Assembly (NCBI GenBank): GCA_964447765.1
Contig: CAYUTO010000001.1
Location: forward strand, 121,125 to 185,124
Reading direction: 5' to 3'
DNA: 64,000 nt
From: an uncultured Gammaproteobacteria bacterium
GTDB lineage: Bacteria > Patescibacteriota > Patescibacteriia > Magasanikbacterales > UBA922
The translations under genes and the position numbers were made by a program. Below are positions 49,592 to 59,790 of this stretch, one piece after another (the first letter of the stretch is position 1; every line of letters starts with the position of its first letter). Under the pieces are notes generated by a model. That model had not been told where the DNA came from. It searched no databases and saw only the letters and a list, made by a program, of their open reading frames with translations.

Positions 49592-50248
49592 TCACACGCT
49601 CGCTTGAGCTTCCTGCTCCTTCAGGAACGCTGCTCCGTGACCCACACTCGTGTTGATCGGAACACCTTCCTTGCAGGGCCCATACTCCTTGCACTCCTCC
49701 CACGTCCAGCTCTCGGTGGGGAGCTCGAGCAGGCAGGTGAGGCTGGGAGCCTGGAGACGCTCTGCATCCACGCCACCACGATTCACGACCGCGGTGACAG
49801 CGAACACGTAGCCTTTGCACTCTTTTACGAGCGCGACCGTGTTTGCGACCGACTCTCCAGTCGACAGTACATCTTCGACGACGAGGACATTCTTGCCCTC
49901 CACCTGCGAAGGATCTTCGAAGTAGAAGAACTTCAGCTCGCTCAGATGCTTCTTCGCGGGGATGCCGAGAATCTCTCTTCCTTTGAGGATCGAGAGTTCG
50001 TGTGCGACAGCGATTGCGAGCTTGGTACCTCCAGTCTCAGGCCCGGTCACCACGTCGATCGGTGCGTCTACATACTCCCGAGCAATCATGCTCGTGAAGA
50101 CCTGTAGCGCCCCTTCGGACTTGAGAACTGCCTTGATGTTGATGTAGACCCTGGTGTGCCTACGTGACGCCATGATCATATGGCTCCCGGTGATGATTGC
50201 CCCGCTCTCTTCGAGCAGCTGGGACACTACTATCTCGTCACTTGTCAT
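49592..50248 (-). CDS. pyrE: Type I phosphoribosyltransferase, orotate phosphoribosyltransferase-like
   Basis: PRPP-binding motif VLVVEDVLSTGES. Adjacent to pyrF. Confidence 0.55.
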   Translation of the reverse strand: MTSDEIVVSQLLEESGAIITGSHMIMASRRHTRVYINIKAVLKSEGALQVFTSMIAREYVDAPIDVVTGPETGGTKLAIAVAHELSILKGREILGIPAKKHLSELKFFYFEDPSQVEGKNVLVVEDVLSTGESVANTVALVKECKGYVFAVTAVVNRGGVDAERLQAPSLTCLLELPTESWTWEECKEYGPCKEGVPINTSVGHGAAFLKEQEAQASV

Positions 50249-50266
50249 GAGTACTCCTTAGTTGTT

Positions 50267-51076
50267 CTAGACCGTTCTAGCCATGCGGAGTTGATCCGCG
50301 TACCACCGAGCACGCTCGCCAGGCGACTCAGCGAAGATGATGTCTCTTGCCACATTGAAGATGGCATTCTTGCCAGCTACCTTCACCGTTGCACTGAGAT
50401 CACCTTCTTGCGTACCGAGCCCTGGCACGAGCTTGAAGATTCCATCTCCCAAGACGTTACGCGCGAGCTGAATGTCATCGGGGAAGGTAGCACCAAGGAC
50501 CAGTCCGCAGTTATGATTCTCATTCCACTCGGTCTCCACTGCTTTCGCAATGTGCAACCACAGCGGAAGACCGCTCGGCTGAACCAGATCCTGAAACTCT
50601 CCAGCACCAGGATTTGAAGTCTTTGCCAGGAAGATGCAGCCCTTATTCTTGAGGTCGAGGAAGGGTTGCATGGCTTCACGCCCGAGATACGGGTGCAACG
50701 TCACTGCATCCGCTCTCATGGTATCGAAAAGTCCCCAGATGTAGGCGAGGTTGGTGTTGCCGATGTCACCCCGTTTTGCATCGACGATCACCGGCACCTC
50801 GGGTACGGTCGCGTGGATATGAGCGATGACGCGCTTCAGCGCATCGAAGCCTTCGCCACCATAAGCCTCGAAGAATGCGATGTTCGGCTTGAATGTTGCT
50901 ACGTACTCGGACGTCTCATCGACGATCGAGCAGCAGAATCGAACGAGTGCCGCCATGATACCGAGTCCTTGAATGGACTTGGGCATCTTGTCGAGTACCG
51001 GATCCAGGCCTACGCAGAGCGAACGTCCTGTAGCCAACCGTGCATGTTGCAGGTCTTTGAAAACTCTTTTTTTCAT
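50267..51076 (-). CDS. pyrF: Orotidine 5'-phosphate decarboxylase, type 2
   Basis: LCVGLDP motif and ~270-aa length typical of the type-2 (actinobacterial-type) PyrF. Confidence 0.7.
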   Translation of the reverse strand: MKKRVFKDLQHARLATGRSLCVGLDPVLDKMPKSIQGLGIMAALVRFCCSIVDETSEYVATFKPNIAFFEAYGGEGFDALKRVIAHIHATVPEVPVIVDAKRGDIGNTNLAYIWGLFDTMRADAVTLHPYLGREAMQPFLDLKNKGCIFLAKTSNPGAGEFQDLVQPSGLPLWLHIAKAVETEWNENHNCGLVLGATFPDDIQLARNVLGDGIFKLVPGLGTQEGDLSATVKVAGKNAIFNVARDIIFAESPGERARWYADQLRMARTV

Positions 51077-51167
51077 CTAAGTCCCCTCACTATTGGAATG
51101 ACCAACCAGCCACTGTAGCATGGTTTTCCACGCACTAACGTACGTGAAAATGTATACAAAGTCAATC

Positions 51168-51198
51168 AAAAAAAACCGCCCTATTCGGACGGTTTTTA
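51168..51198 (-). terminator. Rho-independent terminator after gpsA
   Basis: ccgcc...ggacgg hairpin followed by a T-run on the minus strand. Confidence 0.5.
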
Positions 51199-51208
51199 CA
51201 GTTATTAT

Positions 51209-52108
51209 TTACTTCACAATCTCGCTCAGTAGTTCATGTTTTCCTTGCAAAATATGATGAATCGTATGGAGTAGTGGGTACGAACTCACATCACCCAACA
51301 ATTCTACCACGATTGGAGTTGAGACTACTCCTTCACACTCACTCGGCTTTGCCCCTGCGGCAATACGACGACCTTCTCCTCGATGTCTCGAATCTTCACT
51401 CATACCTGTTGCAATAAAATCTCCCATTCCCGCAAGCGTATACGCAGTTTCTTTCTTTCCTCCCAACGCTTCAATTTCTCTACCCATTTCTTCAATCACT
51501 TTCGTTGCATACCACCCACGAGCATTACTCCCCATCCCCTGCTCATCAAGCATTCCCAATCCCATGGCATACACATTTTTCAAAACACCTGCAAGAACTG
51601 TCCCATGCACATCGTCACTATAGTTCAGTAGTATCCGACTACCGTGGAACATAGCGACGATGCGAGTATACGTCTCGGATGACTCGCTTGCTACTGCCCC
51701 GAATGCATATTTCCCTGCATCAATTTCTGGAGCAACCATAGGTCCACCAAAAAATGCAAATGGTTGTAGTGGTACGACATCCTTCACGATTTGATCCGCA
51801 GTTTTCATGGTATTTTTTTCAAAACCTTTTGCAACTGAAATAATCAAGGTGTCAGGTTTCAGATATGACTTGATTCTCTCGAGGGTTTCTCGTATCACCC
51901 ATGAATGTATACACAAAAATACCACCTCAGCTGTAGACACTTGCTCTTCAAGCGTTCCTTCACCGGTACACTTTGTAGGATCAATATCCCACCACACCAC
52001 GTCGTTTCCACCCCCTTGCACTATCTTTCCGATTGCACTTCCAATTTTTCCTCCTCCAATTACTAGGACTTTGTTCATACTATTATCTATACTATATATT
52101 CTATTCAC
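51209..52108 (-). CDS. gpsA: NAD(P)H-dependent glycerol-3-phosphate dehydrogenase-like
   Basis: N-terminal Rossmann motif VLVIGGGKIGSAIG. The C-terminal domain resembles GpsA. Confidence 0.65.
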   Translation of the reverse strand: MNRIYSIDNSMNKVLVIGGGKIGSAIGKIVQGGGNDVVWWDIDPTKCTGEGTLEEQVSTAEVVFLCIHSWVIRETLERIKSYLKPDTLIISVAKGFEKNTMKTADQIVKDVVPLQPFAFFGGPMVAPEIDAGKYAFGAVASESSETYTRIVAMFHGSRILLNYSDDVHGTVLAGVLKNVYAMGLGMLDEQGMGSNARGWYATKVIEEMGREIEALGGKKETAYTLAGMGDFIATGMSEDSRHRGEGRRIAAGAKPSECEGVVSTPIVVELLGDVSSYPLLHTIHHILQGKHELLSEIVK

Positions 52109-52153
52109 CTAAATTTATCACAATATGATACTATTAATCAATAATACTATCCT

Positions 52154-52666
52154 ATGCTTTCACTCGAAAATATTTACTCCCAAGCTGCAGACAAAATAAT
52201 CCTATTTAACGACTTTGTACATACGCATGCACTACACAATACTCTGATTGCAGACCACATCGGATATAAATGTTCATCGACTAAACATTTTGAAATGCTC
52301 CGCGCACTTCTGGAAGCCCACTCAGAATACGTCTACCAATCAATTATTTCAGAACGGCGTATCGCAGTTATAAAACTCAAAAAATCTATTTTAACCACCT
52401 GTGGCCCAATTTATTTTTTGGAATTATCAGACCAAAAACCAGATCATAGTCAAAAGGACGGATTTGATCATCTTGAATGTTACCCAACAAGTGAAACAGT
52501 TGAAATGCTCGCCACCTATTTAACCGAGAAACAAATTACTATAGACAAAGTTGTCCGCCCTCATCACACTACATATGATAGTTCTCTTTCAGATAATTTT
52601 AAACTCCGCTTGGAAGCTGAACCTTTGATTAATAAAATTGTTCGTGAAGAGATCAAGTCGGTATAA
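52154..52666 (+). CDS. Hypothetical protein
   Basis: Clean 170-aa ORF with no confident motif. Confidence 0.35.
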   Translation: MLSLENIYSQAADKIILFNDFVHTHALHNTLIADHIGYKCSSTKHFEMLRALLEAHSEYVYQSIISERRIAVIKLKKSILTTCGPIYFLELSDQKPDHSQKDGFDHLECYPTSETVEMLATYLTEKQITIDKVVRPHHTTYDSSLSDNFKLRLEAEPLINKIVREEIKSV

Positions 52667-52707
52667 GCCACATACATAAAATAACCCAAAATGGGTTATT
52701 TTATTAT

Positions 52708-52783
52708 TGGAGCCGATGTCGGGGATCGAACCCGAGACCTACAGTTTACGATACTGCCGCTCTACCAGCTGAGCTACATCGGC
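52708..52783 (-). tRNA. tRNA-Thr (anticodon CGU)
   Basis: Manual cloverleaf: acceptor GCCGATG/CATCGGC, D-arm GCTC-AGCTGGTA-GAGC, anticodon loop ATCGTAA, T-arm TCGGG-TTCGATC-CCCGA, CCA encoded. Confidence 0.85.
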
Positions 52784-52882
52784 GTTTGCAATGTCAAAAA
52801 GAAAAGCGAAAAAGTCAAAAGATAATACACATACAACTCTATAAGCAGCCGTAATTTTAGCTAAAATAGGTCGCATTGTCAA

Positions 52883-54001
52883 TCATGTTCGGTGATAAGC
52901 GCCTACCGCATCAGCAATCGTCGTATATCCATCACACTTGAGTAAATGCACTAGTTCATAATTAATTGATCCGATAAGCTGAGGACCTTCATAAATCATC
53001 CCGGTAATCAATTGTACGAAAGACGCTCCCCGCTTTATCTTCTCATATGCATCCTCAGCGGAAAATACACCCCCTGTACCAATGATTACCATCTTATCGC
53101 CACAATATGCATACGTCTTTGAAATAAGCTCATTTGAGAGCTCCCAGGTAGGCTTCCCACTAATAGATCCTCGAATATTCTCAGGAATTTGTTCTTTGAT
53201 TGAGGCATCAGATCTATCTTTATTGAGATTACCAATATTCACTGCTTGTACACCAAAGTGTAACGCCACGTCCAACAATGAACGAAATTCTTCCCATGGT
53301 AAATTGATAGGCATCTTGAGAATAATCGGTTTGTTTAGTTTCTCGACACTCAATGCTTCGAGCAGTTTTTGTAATCTATCGCGTGTAGTAAAAGGTTCGC
53401 CCCCAAATGTATTGGGGCACGAAATATTCAGTTCATATATATCGCCCTCGTCATGATCTCGAAATACCTGCACACAATTTCTATAATCATCGATACCACT
53501 TTCTTCATCTGATGTTCTACTGCAATTAGTCTTACCTATTGATATTACCCGAGGAATCGTTTTTTTCTCTGTTTTCAGATGAGCTACAATATTTTCTGCT
53601 CCACTATTTTTGAGTCCATAATAGACTACGAGTCCCTGTGAATGCGGCAGACGGTACAACCGAGGCTGTGGATTACCCTCATACGCACCAAAAGTCACTG
53701 TACCTACTTCTGAAAAACCAAACCCCATGTCACCAGCTATCGTACAAAGTTTTCCTTCTTTATCAAATCCAGCAGCAAGCCCCACTGGATTACCAAAATA
53801 GATTCCCCACTTACTCTGCCCAAGCGAAGGGTGAGCAAAATTAAAACTCATCTGAATCAGCTTTCTACCCAATCTATTTCTACCCAATCTAGCACCTATC
53901 GCAACCATTCGATCATGCACCACTTCAGGATCCTGCGCAAAAAAAATCGGTTTAAGAATCCCGCGATACAACAAACGAAACACCACACTTCTATATCGCA
54001 T
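52883..54001 (-). CDS. pyrD: Dihydroorotate dehydrogenase (quinone), class 2
   Basis: N-terminal membrane-association segment. Motifs GNPVGLAAGFDK and ELNISCPNT, plus GTGGV near the C-terminus. Confidence 0.75.
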   Translation of the reverse strand: MRYRSVVFRLLYRGILKPIFFAQDPEVVHDRMVAIGARLGRNRLGRKLIQMSFNFAHPSLGQSKWGIYFGNPVGLAAGFDKEGKLCTIAGDMGFGFSEVGTVTFGAYEGNPQPRLYRLPHSQGLVVYYGLKNSGAENIVAHLKTEKKTIPRVISIGKTNCSRTSDEESGIDDYRNCVQVFRDHDEGDIYELNISCPNTFGGEPFTTRDRLQKLLEALSVEKLNKPIILKMPINLPWEEFRSLLDVALHFGVQAVNIGNLNKDRSDASIKEQIPENIRGSISGKPTWELSNELISKTYAYCGDKMVIIGTGGVFSAEDAYEKIKRGASFVQLITGMIYEGPQLIGSINYELVHLLKCDGYTTIADAVGAYHRT

Positions 54002-54146
54002 ACGATTGAACTTTACTGAGAGCGGGATACGAGAATCGGACTCGCTTCTCTGGCTTGGGAAGCCAGCATAATACCATTATACTAATCCCGCATAAAAAAG
54101 TCCCACCGTTCGTGAAGGGTGGGACTTTGATATTACTCTTCGACGA

Positions 54147-55223
54147 TTATTCCATTGTCGTTGTCGCAGGCACCTCTTCTACTTCCGGTGTTTCAGGTAC
54201 ATTGTTTCCCAATTCTTCAAACGGATTTCGAAGACCTTTTGACACTTTGATTTCTGATGAAAGCAAACGTTCGTTCATATAGGCTCCAAATTTCGAAGCA
54301 TCTTCCTCTGCAGTTTTAAACAAGATATGACGTGCTTTTACTTCTTCTACTTCGACACCTTCCTGATCCTTCACCATACGTCGATCATCAAGTCTTACAA
54401 TATGGTATCCGAATTCAGTCTCTACAAGATTCTCGGCAAGCTTGCCCTTTTCTAGGCCAAATACTGCTGTCTCAAATGCAGGAACCATTACTCCTTTTGC
54501 AAACCATCCCAAATCACCACCAGACTCAGCACTACTGTCTGATCCAAATTCTTTGGCAAGTGTTTCAAATGATTCACCACCTTTGATTCGATCAAGCACA
54601 CTCTGCGCAGTAGCTTTCACTGCTTCTTTTTCCGAAGGATCTTTTACTGACTCGAGGTATGCCACACTTAATTTCTGTTCGAGTTCAGTTGGTACGACAA
54701 TATTTTGTACGAATTCATCCAATGTCCAACCATAGCGTTTCATGATTTCCTCTTCTGCTTTTTCTCTACTTTCAAAACTGGTTAGTAATTTTGTATCAAT
54801 AATCGTATCAATATCTGACTGTGCCAATGATACGTTATATTCTTCTGCCACTTGTGCCACCAATTGATTCACCAACAGGCGACTCAAGATATAATCAGAC
54901 ATTTCAGCTTCACTTGGACGTGTTGTTGCTTCGGCTTCGGTATCGTAAAACATTTGCATAGCCTGAAGGTTATCCACATATTCGGTATATGGGATTTTTT
55001 CACCATTCACCTCAGCTACAGGGATATTGAATACACTTGCTGTCGTAAGAGCAAATGATGATTCAGAGAGTCCTCTGACACTTCTGATACCAACGACATA
55101 CCATATAATTCCTCCAACAACCAAAGCCACTCCTAAGCCTGCAAGCAATAGAGGTCCGGCTTTTACTGATTTTTTTGACCCTTGCTCTTGTGCAGAAGTC
55201 TCGATTACTTTATCTTCTTCCAT
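54147..55223 (-). CDS. Parvulin-type peptidyl-prolyl isomerase (PrsA/SurA-like), membrane-anchored
   Basis: N-terminal TM helix. PpiC domain motifs ESGGDLGWF and FGYHIV. Confidence 0.7.
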   Translation of the reverse strand: MEEDKVIETSAQEQGSKKSVKAGPLLLAGLGVALVVGGIIWYVVGIRSVRGLSESSFALTTASVFNIPVAEVNGEKIPYTEYVDNLQAMQMFYDTEAEATTRPSEAEMSDYILSRLLVNQLVAQVAEEYNVSLAQSDIDTIIDTKLLTSFESREKAEEEIMKRYGWTLDEFVQNIVVPTELEQKLSVAYLESVKDPSEKEAVKATAQSVLDRIKGGESFETLAKEFGSDSSAESGGDLGWFAKGVMVPAFETAVFGLEKGKLAENLVETEFGYHIVRLDDRRMVKDQEGVEVEEVKARHILFKTAEEDASKFGAYMNERLLSSEIKVSKGLRNPFEELGNNVPETPEVEEVPATTTME

Positions 55224-55242
55224 ATAGACTAAATTTACATTA

Positions 55243-55659
55243 CTACCCTGAATTGGGCGATCGATGAATAAAATAATACCACCATTTTAACGGATTTGAA
55301 ATCTCTTGTCCATCAGGTGTTATTTTTACCTCCCTTGACCCACCCATCCCCTCCTCTGGATCAACTTGGTCTATAAATAATACACGTTCTCCAGGTTTTT
55401 TCAAATTCAGGTCAACTCTCGCTGTGTCTTCTAGATATGCAGTGCTCGAGACGTATTTCAAAAGTTCGAGAGATTCAAGTTTTTTCTTTTCAAGCTTACT
55501 AATCTCACTTTCTAGACGTTTTACTTCTTCACGAAATGCATAATCTTTGAAATATGCACGCGCAAATCCAAATGCAAAAGCGAACGTAAGTAAAAACGCA
55601 CAAGTGAGAAAAATTTTTGACCCAAAAAACGTACGCACGCGTGAGGATTCCCGGCTCAT
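55243..55659 (-). CDS. FtsB/DivIC-like septum formation initiator, putative
   Basis: N-terminal TM helix followed by a coiled coil (EVKRLESEISKLEKKKLESLELL). Confidence 0.45.
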   Translation of the reverse strand: MSRESSRVRTFFGSKIFLTCAFLLTFAFAFGFARAYFKDYAFREEVKRLESEISKLEKKKLESLELLKYVSSTAYLEDTARVDLNLKKPGERVLFIDQVDPEEGMGGSREVKITPDGQEISNPLKWWYYFIHRSPNSG

Positions 55660-55687
55660 AGTACTCAGTAGTATAGCACGATTTAGT

Positions 55688-56299
55688 TTATCCTCTCAAT
55701 TGTTTGAGTCGAGCTTCGATAATTTTTCGTAAGTAAAGCAGATCTTCAGTATCAAGTCCGGTAATACCTTTGTGCATATCCTCGACTGAAAATCTGGGTC
55801 CAGACCCACTACCAATACCATTGGTTTGTTTTTTGAGTTCATTGATTAGACGCTGTACTCCTTGCGGACGTCTCACATACTCCACATCAATTCGTATTTT
55901 TGAATCCCGTACTCTAATTTCGACTGTCCCATAATTAAGCATCATTCGCCAGATTCCACGCTGTCTCACGACCACATCTTCCACATCTCCTAATTCTGCT
56001 TCGGAAATAGTCCTACCCGTGATACCATCTTTTGCAATATCGATAATTCGATAATTAGTGAGAATGAGCACCGTACCTCGAAATCGTACGTAGTTTGAAA
56101 CACACCCCGCAATTCCTATGATAATGAGTAGTGCAAAACCAATATTACCAATAGTGCCCTGACGAAAAAGCCAAAACATGTAGATACCTGCAACGACAAA
56201 TGGAATAATCGCTCCCACCCAGCGCCACAAATAAGTAACACCAAAGCGTCTAATTTCCGCAACAATTTGTTCATCAACTCGGAGTGGTAAAGATTTCAT
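55688..56299 (-). CDS. Membrane protein with bacterial PH (bPH_2/YdbT-like) domain
   Basis: Two TM helices followed by a PH-like beta segment. Confidence 0.45.
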   Translation of the reverse strand: MKSLPLRVDEQIVAEIRRFGVTYLWRWVGAIIPFVVAGIYMFWLFRQGTIGNIGFALLIIIGIAGCVSNYVRFRGTVLILTNYRIIDIAKDGITGRTISEAELGDVEDVVVRQRGIWRMMLNYGTVEIRVRDSKIRIDVEYVRRPQGVQRLINELKKQTNGIGSGSGPRFSVEDMHKGITGLDTEDLLYLRKIIEARLKQLRG

Positions 56300-56306
56300 A
56301 TACTAA

Positions 56307-57443
56307 TTACTCTAACCAAGGTTTTAATTTTTCAAGCTGAATACCCCAATCAAATACACCTTCAATACGACGCTTACCAGCAGATCCAAGCATATCCCGC
56401 TTTTCTTTGTCTCCCAATAATTCGGTAATAGTATCAACCACTTTACCCGCCTCATGATATACATCGAATACTCGGCCCGTCTCATGGTCAATTACTGCTT
56501 CTTCTACGCCACCGCTTTTTCCAGCAACAATCGCACGCGCAGCTGATGCAGCTTCGAGAAATACGAGACCCAGCCCTTCTTCGCGCTCACCTGCAGTATG
56601 TGTTAATAATACGAATAGGTCAGCAAGATGGTAATATGCACCCAAATCTTCATGAGGGACTGACCCAATAAATCGGACCACGTTTTGAAGCGATAGTTTT
56701 TGTACTGCTTCAAAAATTTCTTCACGCTTGGGCCCATCACCGACTATCACCCACACGGTATGTGGTTCTCGTGCCAAAATTTCAGGCATCGCATGTACGA
56801 GATGCTGAAACCCCTTACCAATATCCATGCGTGATACCGAAAGAATTACTTTTTTTCCCTGTAATGCAAGCGATCTTCTGAGTTTTTCCACTTTTTCAGT
56901 ATCCACCGCACGGAAAATTGCTTTATCTGGACACGGATAGACAACCAGTGATTTGTGCTCAAATTCAGGTAATCGCTCGAGGAATCTTCGCTTGATTGAC
57001 TCGCTATTGAAAACTATTTGCTCTGCCCCCTCAACCACTCGCTTGAGCATTTTCTTTTTCCATGGATGCGCGGTCGCATAGAGCACATCCGTTCCATGAG
57101 AAATAATAATATACGGAATTTTTTTAAACTTTTTCAAAATGAGTGCCGCATACCCGAGCGGAAGTACATGATTTACCAAAACCATTTCTATTTTTTCTTT
57201 TTTTGCAATTGAAAAAAAATGAAATATGGTAGGAATCCACTGTGGCCAAAAAAAATGAAGCAATTGTTTTTTTCTAAAAATCTTATATGATTCACCCTCA
57301 TCAAATGTCTTATCACCTGCTGTACGCGGCGCATACACGCATACATGCTCAGGATCAATTGAACGCGCAAATTGCGTGACATATGTTGCAATACCTCCAA
57401 TGGTCGGAGGAAATTCAAGTGTTGCTACTAATATTTTTTTCAT
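56307..57443 (-). CDS. Glycosyltransferase family 4 (GT-B)
   Basis: EGLGLVFLEAASAARAIVAGKSGG motif typical of GT4. Confidence 0.75.
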   Translation of the reverse strand: MKKILVATLEFPPTIGGIATYVTQFARSIDPEHVCVYAPRTAGDKTFDEGESYKIFRKKQLLHFFWPQWIPTIFHFFSIAKKEKIEMVLVNHVLPLGYAALILKKFKKIPYIIISHGTDVLYATAHPWKKKMLKRVVEGAEQIVFNSESIKRRFLERLPEFEHKSLVVYPCPDKAIFRAVDTEKVEKLRRSLALQGKKVILSVSRMDIGKGFQHLVHAMPEILAREPHTVWVIVGDGPKREEIFEAVQKLSLQNVVRFIGSVPHEDLGAYYHLADLFVLLTHTAGEREEGLGLVFLEAASAARAIVAGKSGGVEEAVIDHETGRVFDVYHEAGKVVDTITELLGDKEKRDMLGSAGKRRIEGVFDWGIQLEKLKPWLE

Positions 57444-57449
57444 ACAGAA

Positions 57450-58886
57450 TTACGTTTTTGATCGAATTGATTTGAAATATCTAACATCCTCAGCACTAAG
57501 ACCTTTCATAAGAGCAAATAATACTCCGAAGACTAATCCTCCAATTATTGCCGCGATAAGTACCTGCACATGCATCGAAGTATACCATACTGCAACAGCC
57601 ATTACGGCACTTGCGAGCACCAGTTTCATACTTAATACTGCAAGTTCTCGATATGGGATGATGATATTTTTTGATACCGTAATCCATGAGATGGTAAAAA
57701 GCAATATATTACCAAGAGTTGCAGCAATAGCCGCACCCTGAATATTCATTTTTGGAATCAGAATAAAATTCAACATAATATTTGCAAGCATGGTAATTCC
57801 TACATAGGTTGTTTGGGTTTTTTGTTTTCCTGTGGCATTGAGTAATGCACCTAATAATACATTCACAAATCCAGCCACTACCCCCACCATGAGGATCTGC
57901 AGCGGCACCACTGATGGATCATATTTACTGCCAAAAAATGTCGTAATTATTCTTGGCGCTAATACAATAATCCCTACAGACATAGGTACTGATACAATAA
58001 GCAGATACCGCAAGCCTTGAGAAAATACTTCTCCCAAACGTTTCTCATCATGGGCAAAATACTCGCTCATTCGAGGATAGAGCCCTGCAATAAGCGCAAA
58101 AGGGATAAATTGAAATGCGTACGCAATTTTGTATGGCACACTATACCATCCCACAGCCGCGTCCCCTGCGATTTTTGATAACATTACTGAATCTGCATAC
58201 GCAAATACACGCCCGAATATCATTGCGAGCGCAAACGGTACTGCAATCGGCAACAGATAGAATATAATTTCTCGAGAATAGCGGGGGCGAATTTTGAGGC
58301 GATACTTTATCGTAACTATACCCCACGCAAACATCGTATTCAAAAAACTAGGCACGAGAAATGCGATCATGAGGAAAAATAATGGTAGTTTGAGGTATAA
58401 AAACGTAGTACCCAGTACCAGGGTCAAAAACTGGCTACCCATAATCCCATATGCCTCATATTTGATATTACCGAGTGCTCGAAGTGTTCCATACAGACTC
58501 AATTGCAGTGAATCTGAAAGCATGGTAATCCCAGATATGAATACTAAAATTTGAGTATCAATATGATATCCAAGAGCCTTCAGTACGACTACCATAATCG
58601 TGTACGTAGTCAATCCTAAAAACAATTTTAAGAAAATGATTGATGATAAAAATTCAGATACACGATTCTTTGCCTTTGCTCCTTCCCGAACCATTACATT
58701 GGTCAGTCCAAGATCGATAAAAACAACAAAAATGGTAGTAAAGGATATTGCAAAAAAATATTTTCCCGTGTCTCCTGGTTCGAGAATACGTGCAATTATA
58801 GCAAAATACACAAACGAAATAAGCTTTTGTGCAATTGATGCTCCTGTCATGTAGAGAGTACTTTGTCCGAGACTAATTTGCTTCAT
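57450..58886 (-). CDS. Wzx-type oligosaccharide flippase (MOP superfamily)
   Basis: ~12-14 TM helices, 478 aa. Adjacent to the glycosyltransferase. Confidence 0.7.
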   Translation of the reverse strand: MKQISLGQSTLYMTGASIAQKLISFVYFAIIARILEPGDTGKYFFAISFTTIFVVFIDLGLTNVMVREGAKAKNRVSEFLSSIIFLKLFLGLTTYTIMVVVLKALGYHIDTQILVFISGITMLSDSLQLSLYGTLRALGNIKYEAYGIMGSQFLTLVLGTTFLYLKLPLFFLMIAFLVPSFLNTMFAWGIVTIKYRLKIRPRYSREIIFYLLPIAVPFALAMIFGRVFAYADSVMLSKIAGDAAVGWYSVPYKIAYAFQFIPFALIAGLYPRMSEYFAHDEKRLGEVFSQGLRYLLIVSVPMSVGIIVLAPRIITTFFGSKYDPSVVPLQILMVGVVAGFVNVLLGALLNATGKQKTQTTYVGITMLANIMLNFILIPKMNIQGAAIAATLGNILLFTISWITVSKNIIIPYRELAVLSMKLVLASAVMAVAVWYTSMHVQVLIAAIIGGLVFGVLFALMKGLSAEDVRYFKSIRSKT

Positions 58887-58958
58887 ATTGCTCTTAATCT
58901 TAGCTTAACCATGCAAAAAATACAACACACTACCTTATTTATTAAACGTTGGGGAATA

Positions 58959-58988
58959 AAAAAATCTCCTGCCGAAGCAAGAGATTTT
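58959..58988 (-). terminator. Rho-independent terminator after rpsI
   Basis: atctcctgccgaagcaagagat hairpin with a T-run on the minus strand. Confidence 0.45.
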
Positions 58989-58998
58989 GAGTGAGATG

Positions 58999-59415
58999 TT
59001 AACGTTTTCTCCATTGATGTCCACGACGAGCTTTGGTCAAACCCGGCTTCTTTCGTTCTTTTGAACGTGAATCACGAGTGAGGTATCCTTCTGCTTTGAG
59101 CACTGGTCGAAGTTCTGGATCCAATTTAATCAGCGCTCGAGCAATACCGTGTCGTACTGCATGAGCCTGACCGGTAACTCCGCCTCCGACTACACGTACA
59201 CTTACATCAAGTTTTGCCTCTCTCTGAACTGCCACCAAAGAAGCCAACACTACCTGCTGAAGAATTTTGGTAGGAAAATATTCTCTAAATTCACGACCAT
59301 TCACGGTGATAGCACCTTTTCCTGGCATGATTCGTACGCGCGCAGCAGCTTCCTTGCGTCTTCCCAAGGCTTTTGTCATGCTATCGTCCGTATTTGTAGC
59401 TCTTTTTGCTGTCAT
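58999..59415 (-). CDS. rpsI: 30S ribosomal protein S9
   Basis: C-terminal RKKPGLTKARRGHQWRKR signature. Confidence 0.9.
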   Translation of the reverse strand: MTAKRATNTDDSMTKALGRRKEAAARVRIMPGKGAITVNGREFREYFPTKILQQVVLASLVAVQREAKLDVSVRVVGGGVTGQAHAVRHGIARALIKLDPELRPVLKAEGYLTRDSRSKERKKPGLTKARRGHQWRKR

Positions 59416-59426
59416 ACATTCTAAAT

Positions 59427-59789
59427 TTAAGCCTTAATAGTTAGACGCTTCATCATCTCAACTCGATGTTTATTTTTTGGAAGCATCCCATTCACCGCGC
59501 GTTTGATAACTGACGTTGGATCATCTTCAAACACGGTCTTCAATGAAGCAGTCTTCAATCCACCTGGATACATCGTATGTCTCTTATAATCTTTCTGCAC
59601 AAATTTTTTACCCGTAAATTTTACTTTTGAAGCATTGGTAACGAGTACTTTTGCACCACCATCAATATGACGTTCAAACGAAGGCTCATCTTTCCCCATG
59701 AGTGCCATCGCTACTTGTGTTGCTACGCGTCCGACTGCTCGACCGGTTGCATCAATTTCAATAGTTTTTCTTTTATTCATAGAAGTCAT
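59427..59789 (-). CDS. rplM: 50S ribosomal protein L13
   Basis: L13 core sequence. The start is trimmed to the internal Met so it does not overlap rplQ. Confidence 0.85.
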   Translation of the reverse strand: MTSMNKRKTIEIDATGRAVGRVATQVAMALMGKDEPSFERHIDGGAKVLVTNASKVKFTGKKFVQKDYKRHTMYPGGLKTASLKTVFEDDPTSVIKRAVNGMLPKNKHRVEMMKRLTIKA

Positions 59790-59790
59790 A

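Larger units (their letters stand above)
49547..51100. other. GC-rich compositional island (~60% GC vs ~38% in flanks) carrying the pyrE-like and pyrF genes
   Basis: Visibly G/C-dense sequence. Long stop-free shadow ORFs on the opposite strand. Ends at an AT-rich terminator on one side and a GC hairpin on the other. Confidence 0.6.

Noticed and set aside
49547-51118. Plus-strand ORFs 49547..50107, 50180..50617 and 50666..51118, and the minus-strand ORF 49557..49820
   Set aside because: They lie antisense to or overlapping pyrE/pyrF inside the 60%-GC island. Stop-free shadow frames are expected at high GC and none shows a protein motif.
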